A stretch of DNA of 38,666 nucleotides from an uncultured Clostridia bacterium (GCA_948663505.1 CAPNAQ010000001.1:1-38666); one strand, 5' to 3'; shown: positions 1 through 9,290, counted from the first letter of the stretch. Numbers and translations are program-made. The notes: a model not told the origin generated them from the letters alone.

Positions 1-152
1 TATTATTCATTTCTATAATAAAATTATACAATAAATTTAGAAAAATGTACATAGTTTTTGGCAAAAAAATTGAAAAAATATGTATAATATGCTATATTAA
101 CATTGTAGTAGATGATATAGAAATAAAATAATTTGAAAGGATTTAGAATATA

Positions 153-578
153 ATGATAAGAAAAATTGAATTAAAAGATTTAGAAGCAGTATTTGAGTTA
201 TTAGATGAGTTATATGAAAATAAAATAGAATATTCTATATTTGCCCAAAAGTATAAAGCTAGTTTAAACGATGATAATTTTTATGAGATTGTTGCAGTAG
301 AAGATAATAAAGTAGTAGGTGTTCTTATATCACGAATAATAAATAGGTTAGCAAAGAAAAAGAACATACTTTTCATTGATGATTTAATTGTAAATGAAAA
401 GTATAGAAATATAGGTATAGGAAAACTATTAATACAAAATGCAATGGATTATGCAGTAAGCACAGATTGTGAATCACTAGAACTAACAAGTCTTATTTCA
501 AATATAAATGCTCACAGATTTTATGAAAATAATGGTTTTGAAAAACGACAGTATAAATTTAAAAAGCATTTAAATTAA
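153..578 (+). CDS. GNAT family N-acetyltransferase
   Basis: 141-aa ORF. It has the acetyl-CoA-binding block RNIGIGK (Q/RxxGxG/A) and a C-terminal NNGF typical of the GNAT fold. An AAAGGA RBS lies upstream of the ATG. Confidence 0.85.
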   Translation: MIRKIELKDLEAVFELLDELYENKIEYSIFAQKYKASLNDDNFYEIVAVEDNKVVGVLISRIINRLAKKKNILFIDDLIVNEKYRNIGIGKLLIQNAMDYAVSTDCESLELTSLISNINAHRFYENNGFEKRQYKFKKHLN

Positions 579-639
579 AATATTTTCATAAAATTTAAAA
601 GATAGATATATATGAATATATAAAAATTATGGAGGTTAT

Positions 640-1662
640 ATGGAACAGATTAAATGGGGATTAATAGGATGTGGAAAAGTGGTAGAAAATAAAAGCGGAC
701 CAGCATTTAATACAACTAATAATAGCTCAATTTATGCTGTAATGAGAAGAGAATTAACTAAAGCCAAAGAATCTGCTGAAAAACTAGGAGCAAAAAAATA
801 TTATAATAATATAGATGAGTTATTAGCTAATGATGAAATAAATGCTGTATATATTGCAACTCCACCTGGTTTACATTTAGAACAAGCAATTAAATGTTGT
901 AAAGCGAAAAAGCCAACATATATTGAAAAACCTTTTGCTAGAAATTATAAAGAAGCTTTACTAATTACAAAAACGTTTGAAGATGCAAAAGTTCCCTTAT
1001 ATGTTGCTCACTATAGAAGAGCATTGCCAAAATTTATAAAAATAAAAGAAATTTTGCAAAGTGGTAAGATTGGAACAATCTGTGAAGCAGACTTTAGACT
1101 AAATAGGAAATATAATTATGAAGAAATACATAATACTTGGTTATATAACACAGAAATATCTGGAGGAGGTAAATTTTATGATATCGCTCCACATTCCATA
1201 GACATTATGGTATATTTGTTAGGAAAATTTACTCAAATAAATGGAATTGCAACAAATAATAATAAAGAATATTCTGTAGAAGATATGGTTGTAATGTCAT
1301 TTAAAACAGATATGGGAGTAGTAGGAACTGCCAATTTTAACTCTTTAGCATTAGATAAAAAAGATCATATGATAATATATGGCACAAAAGGTAAAATTGA
1401 GTTTTCAATGCATGGTAATGATTCTATTATTATAACAACTGATAATAACGAAGAAAAAATAGAAATAAATAATCCTAAGATAATACAAGAAAATATGGTC
1501 GAAAATGTCGTTAACTCATTATTAACTGGAGAACATTTAAATACATGTTCAGCTGAAGAAGCATTAGAAACTTATAGGATAATGGATATAGTATTAGAAA
1601 AATACTACAATGGTAGAAATGATGATTTTTGGAATAGACCAAATACTTGGAATCAAAATTAA
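640..1662 (+). CDS. Gfo/Idh/MocA family NAD(P)-dependent oxidoreductase
   Basis: 340-aa ORF. N-terminal Rossmann block IKWGLIGCGKV and the EKP motif (YIEKPFA) are typical of this family. GGAGG RBS. Confidence 0.85.
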   Translation: MEQIKWGLIGCGKVVENKSGPAFNTTNNSSIYAVMRRELTKAKESAEKLGAKKYYNNIDELLANDEINAVYIATPPGLHLEQAIKCCKAKKPTYIEKPFARNYKEALLITKTFEDAKVPLYVAHYRRALPKFIKIKEILQSGKIGTICEADFRLNRKYNYEEIHNTWLYNTEISGGGKFYDIAPHSIDIMVYLLGKFTQINGIATNNNKEYSVEDMVVMSFKTDMGVVGTANFNSLALDKKDHMIIYGTKGKIEFSMHGNDSIIITTDNNEEKIEINNPKIIQENMVENVVNSLLTGEHLNTCSAEEALETYRIMDIVLEKYYNGRNDDFWNRPNTWNQN

Positions 1663-1672
1663 ATATTGTTAT

Positions 1673-1700
1673 AAATCTGCCACTACTAGTGGCAGATTTT
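1673..1700. terminator. bidirectional hairpin terminator between convergent genes
   Basis: Perfect 12-bp stem AAATCTGCCACT / AGTGGCAGATTT with a 3-nt loop and a T-run. It lies between the stops at 1662 (+) and 1705 (-). Confidence 0.6.
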
Positions 1701-1704
1701 ATGT

Positions 1705-2955
1705 CTAAAAATATTCTAATTCATCTTCTTTTTCTTTCTTTTCAAATTTGCTTAAATCGAGTTGTTTTTCAATAATAAAGTTAATATATGTTTCTTTCTC
1801 AAAATTCCTTATAAGGTCATCTTCAGAAGGATATGAAAATTTGTGGCATACCCAACTAATAAACTTTTGAACAGTAATTTTAAATCTATCAATAGCTTTC
1901 TTTAGATAGTTATTTTCATTTTCTAATTTGTTTATTATTTTTTGATATTGATGATCTATTTTATAAGTTTCATATTCAAATTGTTGTTTTAATTTCTTTT
2001 CCTTGTTTTCTAAAGTTTCTTCCAACTTCCTACATTTGAACTTTAAATTTATATTATCTTCAAGCATTTGAGTATGTTTCTTTTCATATTCTGTTGCCAT
2101 TTCTACAGTATTTGACTGTTTTGATAATTCTTTACGCAATGATATATTTTCTTTGTGTAATTCTTGTATTAAATCATCTCTAGGCTTTATTATTTCATTT
2201 TCTATTTTCTCATCACGATTAATCATAACCTTTTTAATATCTCTAATATTGGGTGTTTTTGGTAAATCTAATGTTATATTTTCTAGTACATTTTTGGTAT
2301 TTTCAAAATTAGTTATTTGCTTAAATTCTTGCACAGAATAATGTTCTCTATTAGTTACCTCAACTAATTCTCCTCTTTCTAATTTGAAATCTTTTTCAGA
2401 GATATGCTTGAAATAAGCATTTTGTAAATCTCTATAACTATTTCTACCTTTCCAAAAATCTCTGCAACATACTTTATCTATTTTATTTCCTTGTTTATCT
2501 GTTGTATGAACTACTGGAATAAATAACAAGTGCATATGTGGTGTATCTTCGTCCATGTGAACTATTGCTGAAATTATATTTTGCTCTCCTAAAGTTTTGT
2601 ATTTACAGATGAAATCATAACTTTCTTTAAAATATCTTTTACTTTCTTCGTAACCTATTTCATCAAAAAATTTCTGGTCAGATGTAAATACCATTTCACA
2701 CATTATATTACTATTACTTCTTATTTGACCTTTCAAATTATACTTTTCTTTTATTCTGTCAAACTCTTTTATATAACTTAATTCATTTTTTCTTAAATAA
2801 TAATTTAGTTCTGTTTTACTGCTATCTATATTCTTATTTGAATGATTTTTTGTTTTTCTTTCATTATGCTTATATGCTCCCATAGCTTTTGCCCTAGTCA
2901 ATTTTTCATTTCTAATTATGGCATAGCTCATATATTCTGCGTTGCTCCTTCTCAA
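1705..2955 (-). CDS. MobV-family (Mob/Pre) plasmid mobilization relaxase
   Basis: 416-aa ORF. HNERK (HxxR motif) and HMDEDTPHMHLLFIPV (HxDExxPHxH metal-binding motif) are diagnostic for Mob_Pre/MobV relaxases. The C-terminal half is K/E-rich coiled coil. Confidence 0.85.
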   Translation of the reverse strand: MRRSNAEYMSYAIIRNEKLTRAKAMGAYKHNERKTKNHSNKNIDSSKTELNYYLRKNELSYIKEFDRIKEKYNLKGQIRSNSNIMCEMVFTSDQKFFDEIGYEESKRYFKESYDFICKYKTLGEQNIISAIVHMDEDTPHMHLLFIPVVHTTDKQGNKIDKVCCRDFWKGRNSYRDLQNAYFKHISEKDFKLERGELVEVTNREHYSVQEFKQITNFENTKNVLENITLDLPKTPNIRDIKKVMINRDEKIENEIIKPRDDLIQELHKENISLRKELSKQSNTVEMATEYEKKHTQMLEDNINLKFKCRKLEETLENKEKKLKQQFEYETYKIDHQYQKIINKLENENNYLKKAIDRFKITVQKFISWVCHKFSYPSEDDLIRNFEKETYINFIIEKQLDLSKFEKKEKEDELEYF

Positions 2956-2974
2956 ATATACAAGATAAGATTTT

Positions 2975-3136
2975 CTTGTCTAACACACTAGACAAGTTTT
3001 TTTCAAAACTTATCTGTGTGGCAGGAGATCCTGCACCCTTTCCTAAAAAATAACTAAAGTATTTTTTAGGCTTAGTAAAATAGTAAACTATTTTACTAAG
3101 TGAAGTTGCAATATAAAGCATACCTTTGCAACTTCA
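2975..3136. promoter_or_regulatory. candidate oriT / control region of the MobV gene (inverted-repeat cluster)
   Basis: Inverted repeats directly upstream of the mob gene: CTTGTCTA-N6-TAGACAAG (2975-2996), GCAGG-N4-CCTGC (3021-3034), perfect 13-bp CTTAGTAAAATAG-N4-CTATTTTACTAAG (3071-3100), and 11-bp TGAAGTTGCAA-N14-TTGCAACTTCA (3101-3136). A nick site could not be identified by eye. Confidence 0.35.
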
Positions 3137-3151
3137 TGTCAGAGCCAATTC

Positions 3152-3403
3152 TTAAGAAGATGCTACTGCATTTTCATAAGAGAAATTAGCATATAAGCTG
3201 TCGAAAAATCCATCTGGATATTTTCTTTCATATTCACGAGTAGAAACAGCAGTTTTATTTTGTAATTTTATATTGCTATTTCCTAAATTATTATATAAGC
3301 AAATCATTAAATAATTAGTCATATTTTTAATATTGCTACTACTTTTAGCAATATCTAATAATTGAATTAAGTTATTTTTATAATAATCTACTTCTTTCAT
3401 CAT
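3152..3403 (-). CDS. hypothetical small protein (C-terminal SYENAVAS motif)
   Basis: 83-aa ORF with no convincing alternative on the opposite strand. Its C-terminal YENAxA motif resembles the two small paralogs at 20377-20956. Confidence 0.5.
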   Translation of the reverse strand: MMKEVDYYKNNLIQLLDIAKSSSNIKNMTNYLMICLYNNLGNSNIKLQNKTAVSTREYERKYPDGFFDSLYANFSYENAVASS

Positions 3404-3448
3404 TGTTCCTTTCCAAGATGAAAGAGCATTTTAAAGTTCCATATAGTT

Positions 3449-3545
3449 TTTTAGAACTTTTTAAAACATTTTTTATTTATCTAAAAATTTTTTAAAACAT
3501 AAATTTTAGAACTATTTTAAAACTTTTTATAGAATTTTTGAGAAC
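3449..3545. repeat. iteron-like direct repeats TTTTA(G/A)AAC
   Basis: Copies start at 3449, 3459, 3490, 3504 and 3515, plus a variant TTTGAGAAC at 3537. The compound unit TTTTAGAAC-T(A)-TTTTAAAAC occurs twice (3449-3467 and 3504-3523). Confidence 0.5.
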
Positions 3546-3637
3546 CGCATAGAAAAAGAGTATTAACCAAAATCCATTGATTAATACCCTTTCAAACTTC
3601 TGCAATTTTCTTGAGTTCCCTCAAAATTGCTATCGTA

Positions 3638-3650
3638 TGGTCGAGGTGAC
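3638..3650. repeat. distal att core: displaced copy of the tRNA-Pro 3' end
   Basis: TGGTCGAGGTGAC is identical to 13004-13016. It is a GC-rich 13-mer in a very AT-rich context. Confidence 0.75.
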
Positions 3651-3657
3651 GAGAATT

Positions 3658-3718
3658 TGCATTTCAAACTTATTTATTCTCTAATATTCTAGTTTTTTTT
3701 GAATGTAGTTTGAATGCA
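3658..3718. repeat. candidate arm-type recombinase binding sites (left arm)
   Basis: TGAATGTA (3700-3707) and TGAATGCA (3711-3718) are direct. TGCATTTCA (3658-3666) is an inverted variant. The same motif family is clustered in the right arm. Confidence 0.45.
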
Positions 3719-3804
3719 GTTGCTAAATTTTATTGAAAAATATTTCAAATTTATATATAATGATTTTAAATATTTAGAGAAAAATTATAAAATTTGGAGG
3801 GAAT

Positions 3805-3996
3805 ATGAAAATCAAGTGTTTAAAATGTAATGATATAATTGAATCTTTAAGTGTACATGACCTCAAATATTGCAAATGTGGTGCTTGTTCAATTGATGGT
3901 GGAAATGAATATACAAGAGTTGGAGGAAATTTTAAATATATTCATTGGGTATATGATGATGGACACGAAGAAGATTTTTTTGCCAAAAATGGTTAA
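3805..3996 (+). CDS. small zinc-ribbon protein (hypothetical)
   Basis: 63-aa ORF with a GGAGGG RBS. It has CxxC...CxC(x2)C cysteine spacing (CLKCND...CKCGAC). Confidence 0.55.
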   Translation: MKIKCLKCNDIIESLSVHDLKYCKCGACSIDGGNEYTRVGGNFKYIHWVYDDGHEEDFFAKNG

Positions 3997-4092
3997 TTAT
4001 GAAAACTAACTATAAAGTTCATTTATGTATTTTTTAATTAGCTATTTTAGAATTCGGCCGGATATTTTTAGAATTTATATAGATGTTCAATC

Positions 4093-5763
4093 TTATTTAT
4101 TTAAAATCCATACAGAATTTGTACGAGTTCCAATATTTTTAATTTTTTTCTCTTTATCTTGCAAACATTCAATCAATAAATATTTGATTCTTCTTTTCTT
4201 TTTATCATCAGATAGAAAGTCTGGCATTTTATCAAGTAATAAATCATTGATTTCTTTTCTTGTCGCTTTACCATAAGTTTTTATTAACTCTATTATCATT
4301 TGTTTATACATATCATTACTTAATCCTCGATTTTTGATATATTTAGCTTTTTCATCTGTTATCGCTGAAATTTCTTTAGAAACAAACAGATTAGGATATC
4401 TACCTTCTATTAAGTTATATTTTTTTAGTAAATCAGATTGTTGCTTAGTTATATGTATTCCTTTTTGAATTCTATCTAACAACATTACTATTCCAATATC
4501 TAAATCAGTTTTTTCAAAAAGCATTTTTGTATATTTTTCATCTAATATTTTTCCGTATAAAGTTACTTTTACTCTTCCATCTACAGATAAATCATAATCG
4601 GGCATAGGAAAGAATTTCTGCTTTTGATTATTAAATACTCTTCTTATTCCACTTCCTTCAGTATCAATCATATTTAAATTAACCATAGCATTAGCTAAAA
4701 AGGGATTTCTATAATATGGAGGAACATAACTTTCATCTAATAAAAACTTGTCAACATTTTGAGGAATAAAACTGCCTTCGTTTATGAAAATTAATTTTTC
4801 TTTCATTTCTAATATATTTATTCTGCCATGTTTTCTATAATCTTGATGAGCGATAGCGTTGTTTAATAACTCTCTTAATGTATAATTATCATATTGATCT
4901 ACTTCATTTGGAAATAATGTAATCTCGTTAACCATATATCTATATCTTAGATTTCTAATTTTATTTTTGACTTTTTCAACGTTTAATAGAAATGGAATTG
5001 TAAAATGTTCATAATCCAGAATTTCTCCATTTTCTTGCAATTTCCAAGTTATTTGTGGGGTATAGTCTTCAAATAAATAACTATCTTCTTCTTTTCCAAG
5101 TAATAGTAAAGCTGTACGAGTTACTTTACCATTTAATAAAACTTTTGCTTTATTTAGAAACGTAATATCATCCATATCGTCTATTTCTTTTGCAATTTCT
5201 TTATCTTCATTTTTCTTTTTAAATTGTTCTCTAGCTTTTAGAATAGCTTCTTCATCTAAATCTGCTACAGTTAAATTTTCTATAATTTGTCTAGACCAAT
5301 CAAAATTCATTGTAGATTTTATTTGATCACATTTCATTTGATTTAATGGAACTAATTCTTCATCATTTCTATCATAAGCAAATCCTTTCCATGTTGTTGG
5401 AATTCCAATAGCAGCAGGTATTTTGAACATTATTACTCTTTTATTATCCTCTACAAATAATTCAAAAATATCCAAGAAAGTAATTCCATCATTAGTTCCT
5501 TTTGTAATTTCTTTTTTTAATTTATTCAGATCGCCATTGTTTCTGTATTTAGTATCTACGAAATTATGAGTTTTATCTTCAACTCCAAAAATTAACCAAG
5601 AATATTGTTTTCCTACTAAATTGGCAGCATTACTTAATGCAGAAAAATATTTTCCAAGTTTTTCAAAATCAAAATTATTATTGGCTTCTTTATATTCTAC
5701 ACATTCATTCTCGTCATTTTTTAATAGTGAAAATAAAATTTGTTTAAGCTCAAAATTTTCCAT
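4093..5763 (-). CDS. AlbA_2 (Schlafen-like) domain / HATPase_c_4 ATP-binding protein with C-terminal wHTH
   Basis: 556-aa ORF. The N-terminal block ECVEYKEANNNF...SALSNAANLVG...LIFGVED matches the AlbA_2 'putative DNA-binding' domain pattern. The central block LRELLNNAIAHQDYR...INEGSF matches the RecG-C-terminal-like HATPase_c_4 pattern. Confidence 0.8.
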   Translation of the reverse strand: MENFELKQILFSLLKNDENECVEYKEANNNFDFEKLGKYFSALSNAANLVGKQYSWLIFGVEDKTHNFVDTKYRNNGDLNKLKKEITKGTNDGITFLDIFELFVEDNKRVIMFKIPAAIGIPTTWKGFAYDRNDEELVPLNQMKCDQIKSTMNFDWSRQIIENLTVADLDEEAILKAREQFKKKNEDKEIAKEIDDMDDITFLNKAKVLLNGKVTRTALLLLGKEEDSYLFEDYTPQITWKLQENGEILDYEHFTIPFLLNVEKVKNKIRNLRYRYMVNEITLFPNEVDQYDNYTLRELLNNAIAHQDYRKHGRINILEMKEKLIFINEGSFIPQNVDKFLLDESYVPPYYRNPFLANAMVNLNMIDTEGSGIRRVFNNQKQKFFPMPDYDLSVDGRVKVTLYGKILDEKYTKMLFEKTDLDIGIVMLLDRIQKGIHITKQQSDLLKKYNLIEGRYPNLFVSKEISAITDEKAKYIKNRGLSNDMYKQMIIELIKTYGKATRKEINDLLLDKMPDFLSDDKKKRRIKYLLIECLQDKEKKIKNIGTRTNSVWILNK

Positions 5764-5779
5764 TAGAATTTCTCCCTTT

Positions 5780-6529
5780 CTATAATCTACTCATTATATC
5801 AATATATTCACTAGCAGTTAGTACTGTTTTGGGCAAATGTAATTGAGTATAATAAGAAACCTTATTTTTTTGATATATAGCATCTATAATATTGCAATTC
5901 TCATCTTTATCAATTGACATAGCTAGTCCTAACACATTATATTTTTTAGATAATTTGGCAGTATATATTGCTATTCTATCAATTGCATTTATTGGTAGTT
6001 CTTCATCATCAAAAGAATCTATTTCAATAATTATAATGCTATTTTCTAAATCTCTAATTTTTATCAAAATTTGTGGTTTAGGGTCTTTACTATTTTCAAA
6101 ATCATTAAATATATTTTCTATTTCTAATATAGAAATAGTCGCATTTGACTTTGATTCTCCATAAGTAGTTATACCTGATCCAGTACAAATCTCGTTTTTT
6201 GCAGTAACTATTGAACCTTCATTTATATATTGTTCTTTTATCTTTTCTAGTTTTCTTTTTGTTAATTCATATTTTTCCTTAATGATAGATATATCCATAA
6301 TATTTTTATCATGTTCATCAATAAAAACATCTGGTGTTCTTCCAAGTAGGTAATCTATTGAAACGTTAAATATTGTAGCCAGTTTTTTAAGTGCCTCTAT
6401 ATTAGGTTCTCTCATATCTAATTCATACTTTGATATTGCTGCAGATTCTACCCCTAATCTAGTTGCAATATCTTTTTGTGTAAGCCCATTTTTTTCTCTT
6501 AAATATTTTAATCTTTCGCCATTCGTCAT
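5780..6529 (-). CDS. XRE-family HTH transcriptional regulator with a ~180-aa C-terminal domain of unknown function
   Basis: HTH_3 block LKYLREKNGLTQKDIATRLGVESAAISKYELDMREPNIEALKKLATIFNVSIDYLLG. The start is moved from 6574 to ATG 6529 (MTNGERL), which has an AAGGAG RBS 7 nt upstream. The track start overlaps an operator. Confidence 0.85.
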   Translation of the reverse strand: MTNGERLKYLREKNGLTQKDIATRLGVESAAISKYELDMREPNIEALKKLATIFNVSIDYLLGRTPDVFIDEHDKNIMDISIIKEKYELTKRKLEKIKEQYINEGSIVTAKNEICTGSGITTYGESKSNATISILEIENIFNDFENSKDPKPQILIKIRDLENSIIIIEIDSFDDEELPINAIDRIAIYTAKLSKKYNVLGLAMSIDKDENCNIIDAIYQKNKVSYYTQLHLPKTVLTASEYIDIMSRL

Positions 6530-6568
6530 CTTTTTTCTCCTTTTCATTCTATGTCTAAATTTTATCAT

Positions 6569-6781
6569 ATCCATTTTGGAAAGTCAATAAAATATGATTA
6601 CTTCTAGTAAAACACAAATTAAAGGCAGAAGAAGTTTAAAAAATTTTGAAAAAGGTATTGACATATTATCCATTTTGGATTATTATAAATATATCCAAAA
6701 CGGATAAATAAAAATGGAGGGAGGCTGTAGTTAACGAAAGTAAAGAATTATTTTTTTACCTACTAATTATCCAAAATGGAT
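6569..6781. promoter_or_regulatory. divergent control region with four ATCCA-N3-TGGAT operators and a rightward promoter
   Basis: Sites at 6569-6581 (imperfect), 6668-6680, 6693-6705 and 6769-6781. The promoter is TTGACA (6658-6663), 17 nt, TATTAT (6681-6686), and its spacer is one of the operators. Confidence 0.55.
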
Positions 6782-6813
6782 ACAGAAAAATATTCAAAGG
6801 AGGACTTTAAAAT

Positions 6814-7059
6814 ATGAGTGAAAATTTTAGTGAAGAAGTTAAAAAAGAACTAGTAAAACAAGCAGTAAAGAATTTAGAAGATCCATTTAAAATGCTAACT
6901 GTTAAAGATGTTGCAAAAGATTTATATATGGGAGAAAACAAAACTAATGAAATATTTAATCGTGCAGACTTCCCATCTGTAAATATAGGTAAAACTAGAA
7001 AAATTCAAAAGATAGCATATATTTTATGGAAGATGGAGAAAAGGATTGATGTTATATGA
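6814..7059 (+). CDS. excisionase-like / HTH DNA-binding protein
   Basis: 81-aa ORF with an AAGGAGG RBS. LTVKDVAKDLYMGENKTNEIF resembles HTH_17/Xis-type helix-turn-helix. It is the first gene of the rightward int operon. Confidence 0.5.
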   Translation: MSENFSEEVKKELVKQAVKNLEDPFKMLTVKDVAKDLYMGENKTNEIFNRADFPSVNIGKTRKIQKIAYILWKMEKRIDVI

Positions 7060-7217
7060 AAAATATAAAAAGCATTTATACAAAAGTTCACTTGGACAGC
7101 ATACTTTTGCACAAATGCAATATAAAGATATTCGAAACCTTTATATAAAAAGTATATCATTTTTCCTTATATTTAACAATAGAAAAACAAGTAGAAATAT
7201 TAGAAAGTGAGAGAAAA

Positions 7218-8015
7218 ATGGAAAAAGTTAAAAGATATTATTGGATAAAGCTAAAAACAGATTTCTTTAATTCAGATGAAATGGACTTTTTATTATCGCA
7301 AAAAGACGGATGTAAATATATTGTTTTATACCAAATGCTATGTTTGCAGACAGCTAATAATAATGGAGAATTATCATCAAAAGTTGGAGAAATGATTATA
7401 CCATATAAACCTGAAAAAATTGCAAGAGACACAAAATATTTTAACATAGATACTGTCATTGTAGCTTTAGAATTATTTAAGCAATTACATTTGATTTACA
7501 TAGATAATGGAAATTGCTTAAAAATAGCAGGGTTTGAAAACATGGTAGGTAGTGAGACAACTTGGGCAAAGCAGAAAAGAGAGCAAAGAGAAAAGCAAAA
7601 ATTATTAGTTGGACATTGTCCATCTAATGTCCAACAAGAGATAGATAAAGAGTCAGATTTAGAGTTAGAGAAAGATATAGAATTTAATGGATTGAATGAT
7701 AGATTTAATTATATCAATTTACAATTAAAAACAAGAAATTTAGTGCAGGAAGATACTCTTGACTATGATGAGCTATTTAAGAGAAAAAGAATATATATTC
7801 AAAATAAAGGATATATGCCAGAAAATCTAATTACTCAAATAAAATTATATCAATTAGCAATAAAGCGACTATATGATAATAAACAAGCTGAATTATTAGA
7901 TAAAGTAACATTGCCTATACTAGAAAAAGTATTTGGTAACATTTTAAAAAGTAAAACAATCGAAAATATAATAGAATATTACATTTCAAGTTTAATAAAT
8001 GAACTTGCAAAATAG
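7218..8015 (+). CDS. phage replisome organizer N-terminal domain protein
   Basis: 265-aa ORF. The N-terminus YYWIKLKTDFFNSDEMDFLLSQKDGCKYIVLYQMLCL matches the phage_rep_org_N pattern as I recall it. Confidence 0.65.
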   Translation: MEKVKRYYWIKLKTDFFNSDEMDFLLSQKDGCKYIVLYQMLCLQTANNNGELSSKVGEMIIPYKPEKIARDTKYFNIDTVIVALELFKQLHLIYIDNGNCLKIAGFENMVGSETTWAKQKREQREKQKLLVGHCPSNVQQEIDKESDLELEKDIEFNGLNDRFNYINLQLKTRNLVQEDTLDYDELFKRKRIYIQNKGYMPENLITQIKLYQLAIKRLYDNKQAELLDKVTLPILEKVFGNILKSKTIENIIEYYISSLINELAK

Positions 8016-8027
8016 GAGGTTAAGATT

Positions 8028-9206
8028 ATGAAACGAAAAGGTAGAAGAGGAAATGGAGAAGGTACAATATTTGAAGATAAGAAAAATAAAAGATGGATAG
8101 GACAATATGTTTCTGGAATATCTCCAGAAGGAAAAACTATTAGGAAATCTGTATATGGTAAGACAAAAAAAGAAGTTTTAAATAAATTAAATGATATTAA
8201 ATATAAAATAAATAATGGTACATATGTCGAAAAGAACGGAATTGAATTAGTGAAAATTATGGAAGATATAAGAGAAGAAAAATTTGCATCAAATACAATA
8301 TCAGGTGGACAATATGCAAGATTAAAATGGACTATAAACAAAATTAAAAATAGTAAATTAGGAAATATGAAAATACAAGATATAACTAAAAATGATGTAC
8401 AAGAGTTTTTAAATTCTTTAAAAGATTTAAGTGATTCATATATTAAAAAGATATATGAACAATTTGTACAAGCATACCATAGAGCAGAAATTAAAAAATA
8501 TATTACATATAATCCGATGTATGAAGTTATAAAACCAAAAAGTAATAAGCAAACTAAAATTGTAGAAGCATTAGATATAAATGTTCAAAAGTCTTTTACA
8601 GAATATTTAAACAAAGTGAATATTCAAAATGAACCATATAAAAACATATTTTTAATTCAAATGTATATGGGGTTAAGAATTGGAGAAGTATTAGCGTTAA
8701 GTAAAGAAAGTATTGATTTAGAAAATAAGATTTTATATGTTAAGAGAACATTAACAAATGATAAAGAATTTGCGATTATTTTAGGAAATAAGACGAAAAC
8801 TTATGCAGGTAATAGAACTTTACCTATACCAGAATTTTTAGTACCAATTTTTAAAGAACAAGTAAAATATACAAATGAAAATTTACACAATTTAATATTT
8901 ACAAATAATGATACTTATATAATAACATCTGCAGTCAATAAAGAGTTAAAAAGAATATTTAAAGAAGAACTAAATGTAAATCCAATAAATATAAGTTCGC
9001 ATTGTTTAAGACATACATATGGAACAAGGTGCATTGAAGCAGGAATGACTGCAGTTGTTTTACAAAGATTAATGGGGCATAGAGATGTAACAGTTACTTT
9101 AAATACATATACATCCGTGTTTAATAAATTTAAAGAAGATGAATTGGAAAAAGTAAATAACTATTTAAATAATAACCAATTAAATTTTGTAAATAGCAGT
9201 AATTAA
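8028..9206 (+). CDS. int: tyrosine site-specific integrase
   Basis: 392-aa ORF. It has an N-terminal SAM-like domain. The catalytic region has MYMGLRIGEVLAL (Arg I), HCLRHTYGT (HxxR) and LMGHRDVTVTLNTYTSV (His/Tyr). Confidence 0.9.
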   Translation: MKRKGRRGNGEGTIFEDKKNKRWIGQYVSGISPEGKTIRKSVYGKTKKEVLNKLNDIKYKINNGTYVEKNGIELVKIMEDIREEKFASNTISGGQYARLKWTINKIKNSKLGNMKIQDITKNDVQEFLNSLKDLSDSYIKKIYEQFVQAYHRAEIKKYITYNPMYEVIKPKSNKQTKIVEALDINVQKSFTEYLNKVNIQNEPYKNIFLIQMYMGLRIGEVLALSKESIDLENKILYVKRTLTNDKEFAIILGNKTKTYAGNRTLPIPEFLVPIFKEQVKYTNENLHNLIFTNNDTYIITSAVNKELKRIFKEELNVNPINISSHCLRHTYGTRCIEAGMTAVVLQRLMGHRDVTVTLNTYTSVFNKFKEDELEKVNNYLNNNQLNFVNSSN

Positions 9207-9224
9207 AATATCAAATATATAGTA

Positions 9225-9290
9225 TTGCAAGCTTCCTATTTGTAAGTACAAGTACTACAAATAGAGCTTGCAAATTTGGGAGAACCCAAA
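9225..9290. promoter_or_regulatory. candidate oriT upstream of mobC
   Basis: Long inverted repeat TTGCAAGCT(TC)CTATTTGTA ... TACAAATAG-AGCTTGCAA (9225-9273), followed by TTTGGG-AGAA-CCCAAA (9275-9290). The position upstream of mobC/relaxase is typical for an oriT. Confidence 0.4.

Noticed and set aside
1663-1704. Search for a third copy of the tRNA-Pro 3'-end core that would bound the MobV segment
   Set aside because: No match to TGGTCGAGGTGAC, or to an obvious partial, was found between 1 and 3637. The left boundary of that segment remains undefined.
4025-4276. 83-aa + strand ORF overlapping the 3' end of the AlbA_2 gene
   Set aside because: It is hydrophobic and low in complexity, has no RBS, and overlaps a well-supported gene.
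6530-6574. 5' extension of the XRE regulator ORF
   Set aside because: It has no RBS and overlaps an operator. ATG 6529 has an AAGGAG RBS at the proper spacing.
7056-7148. 30-aa ORF (MKNIKSIYTKVHLDSILLHKCNIKIFETFI) overlapping the stop of the Xis-like gene by ATGA
   Set aside because: It is too short and featureless to support, so it is noted only.
2153-8341. Miscellaneous opposite- or alternative-frame ORFs (2153-2341, 2912-3121, 5892-6164, 7238-7459, 7979-8341)
   Set aside because: Each lies within or overlaps a better-supported gene, lacks an RBS and has a low-complexity hydrophobic composition.
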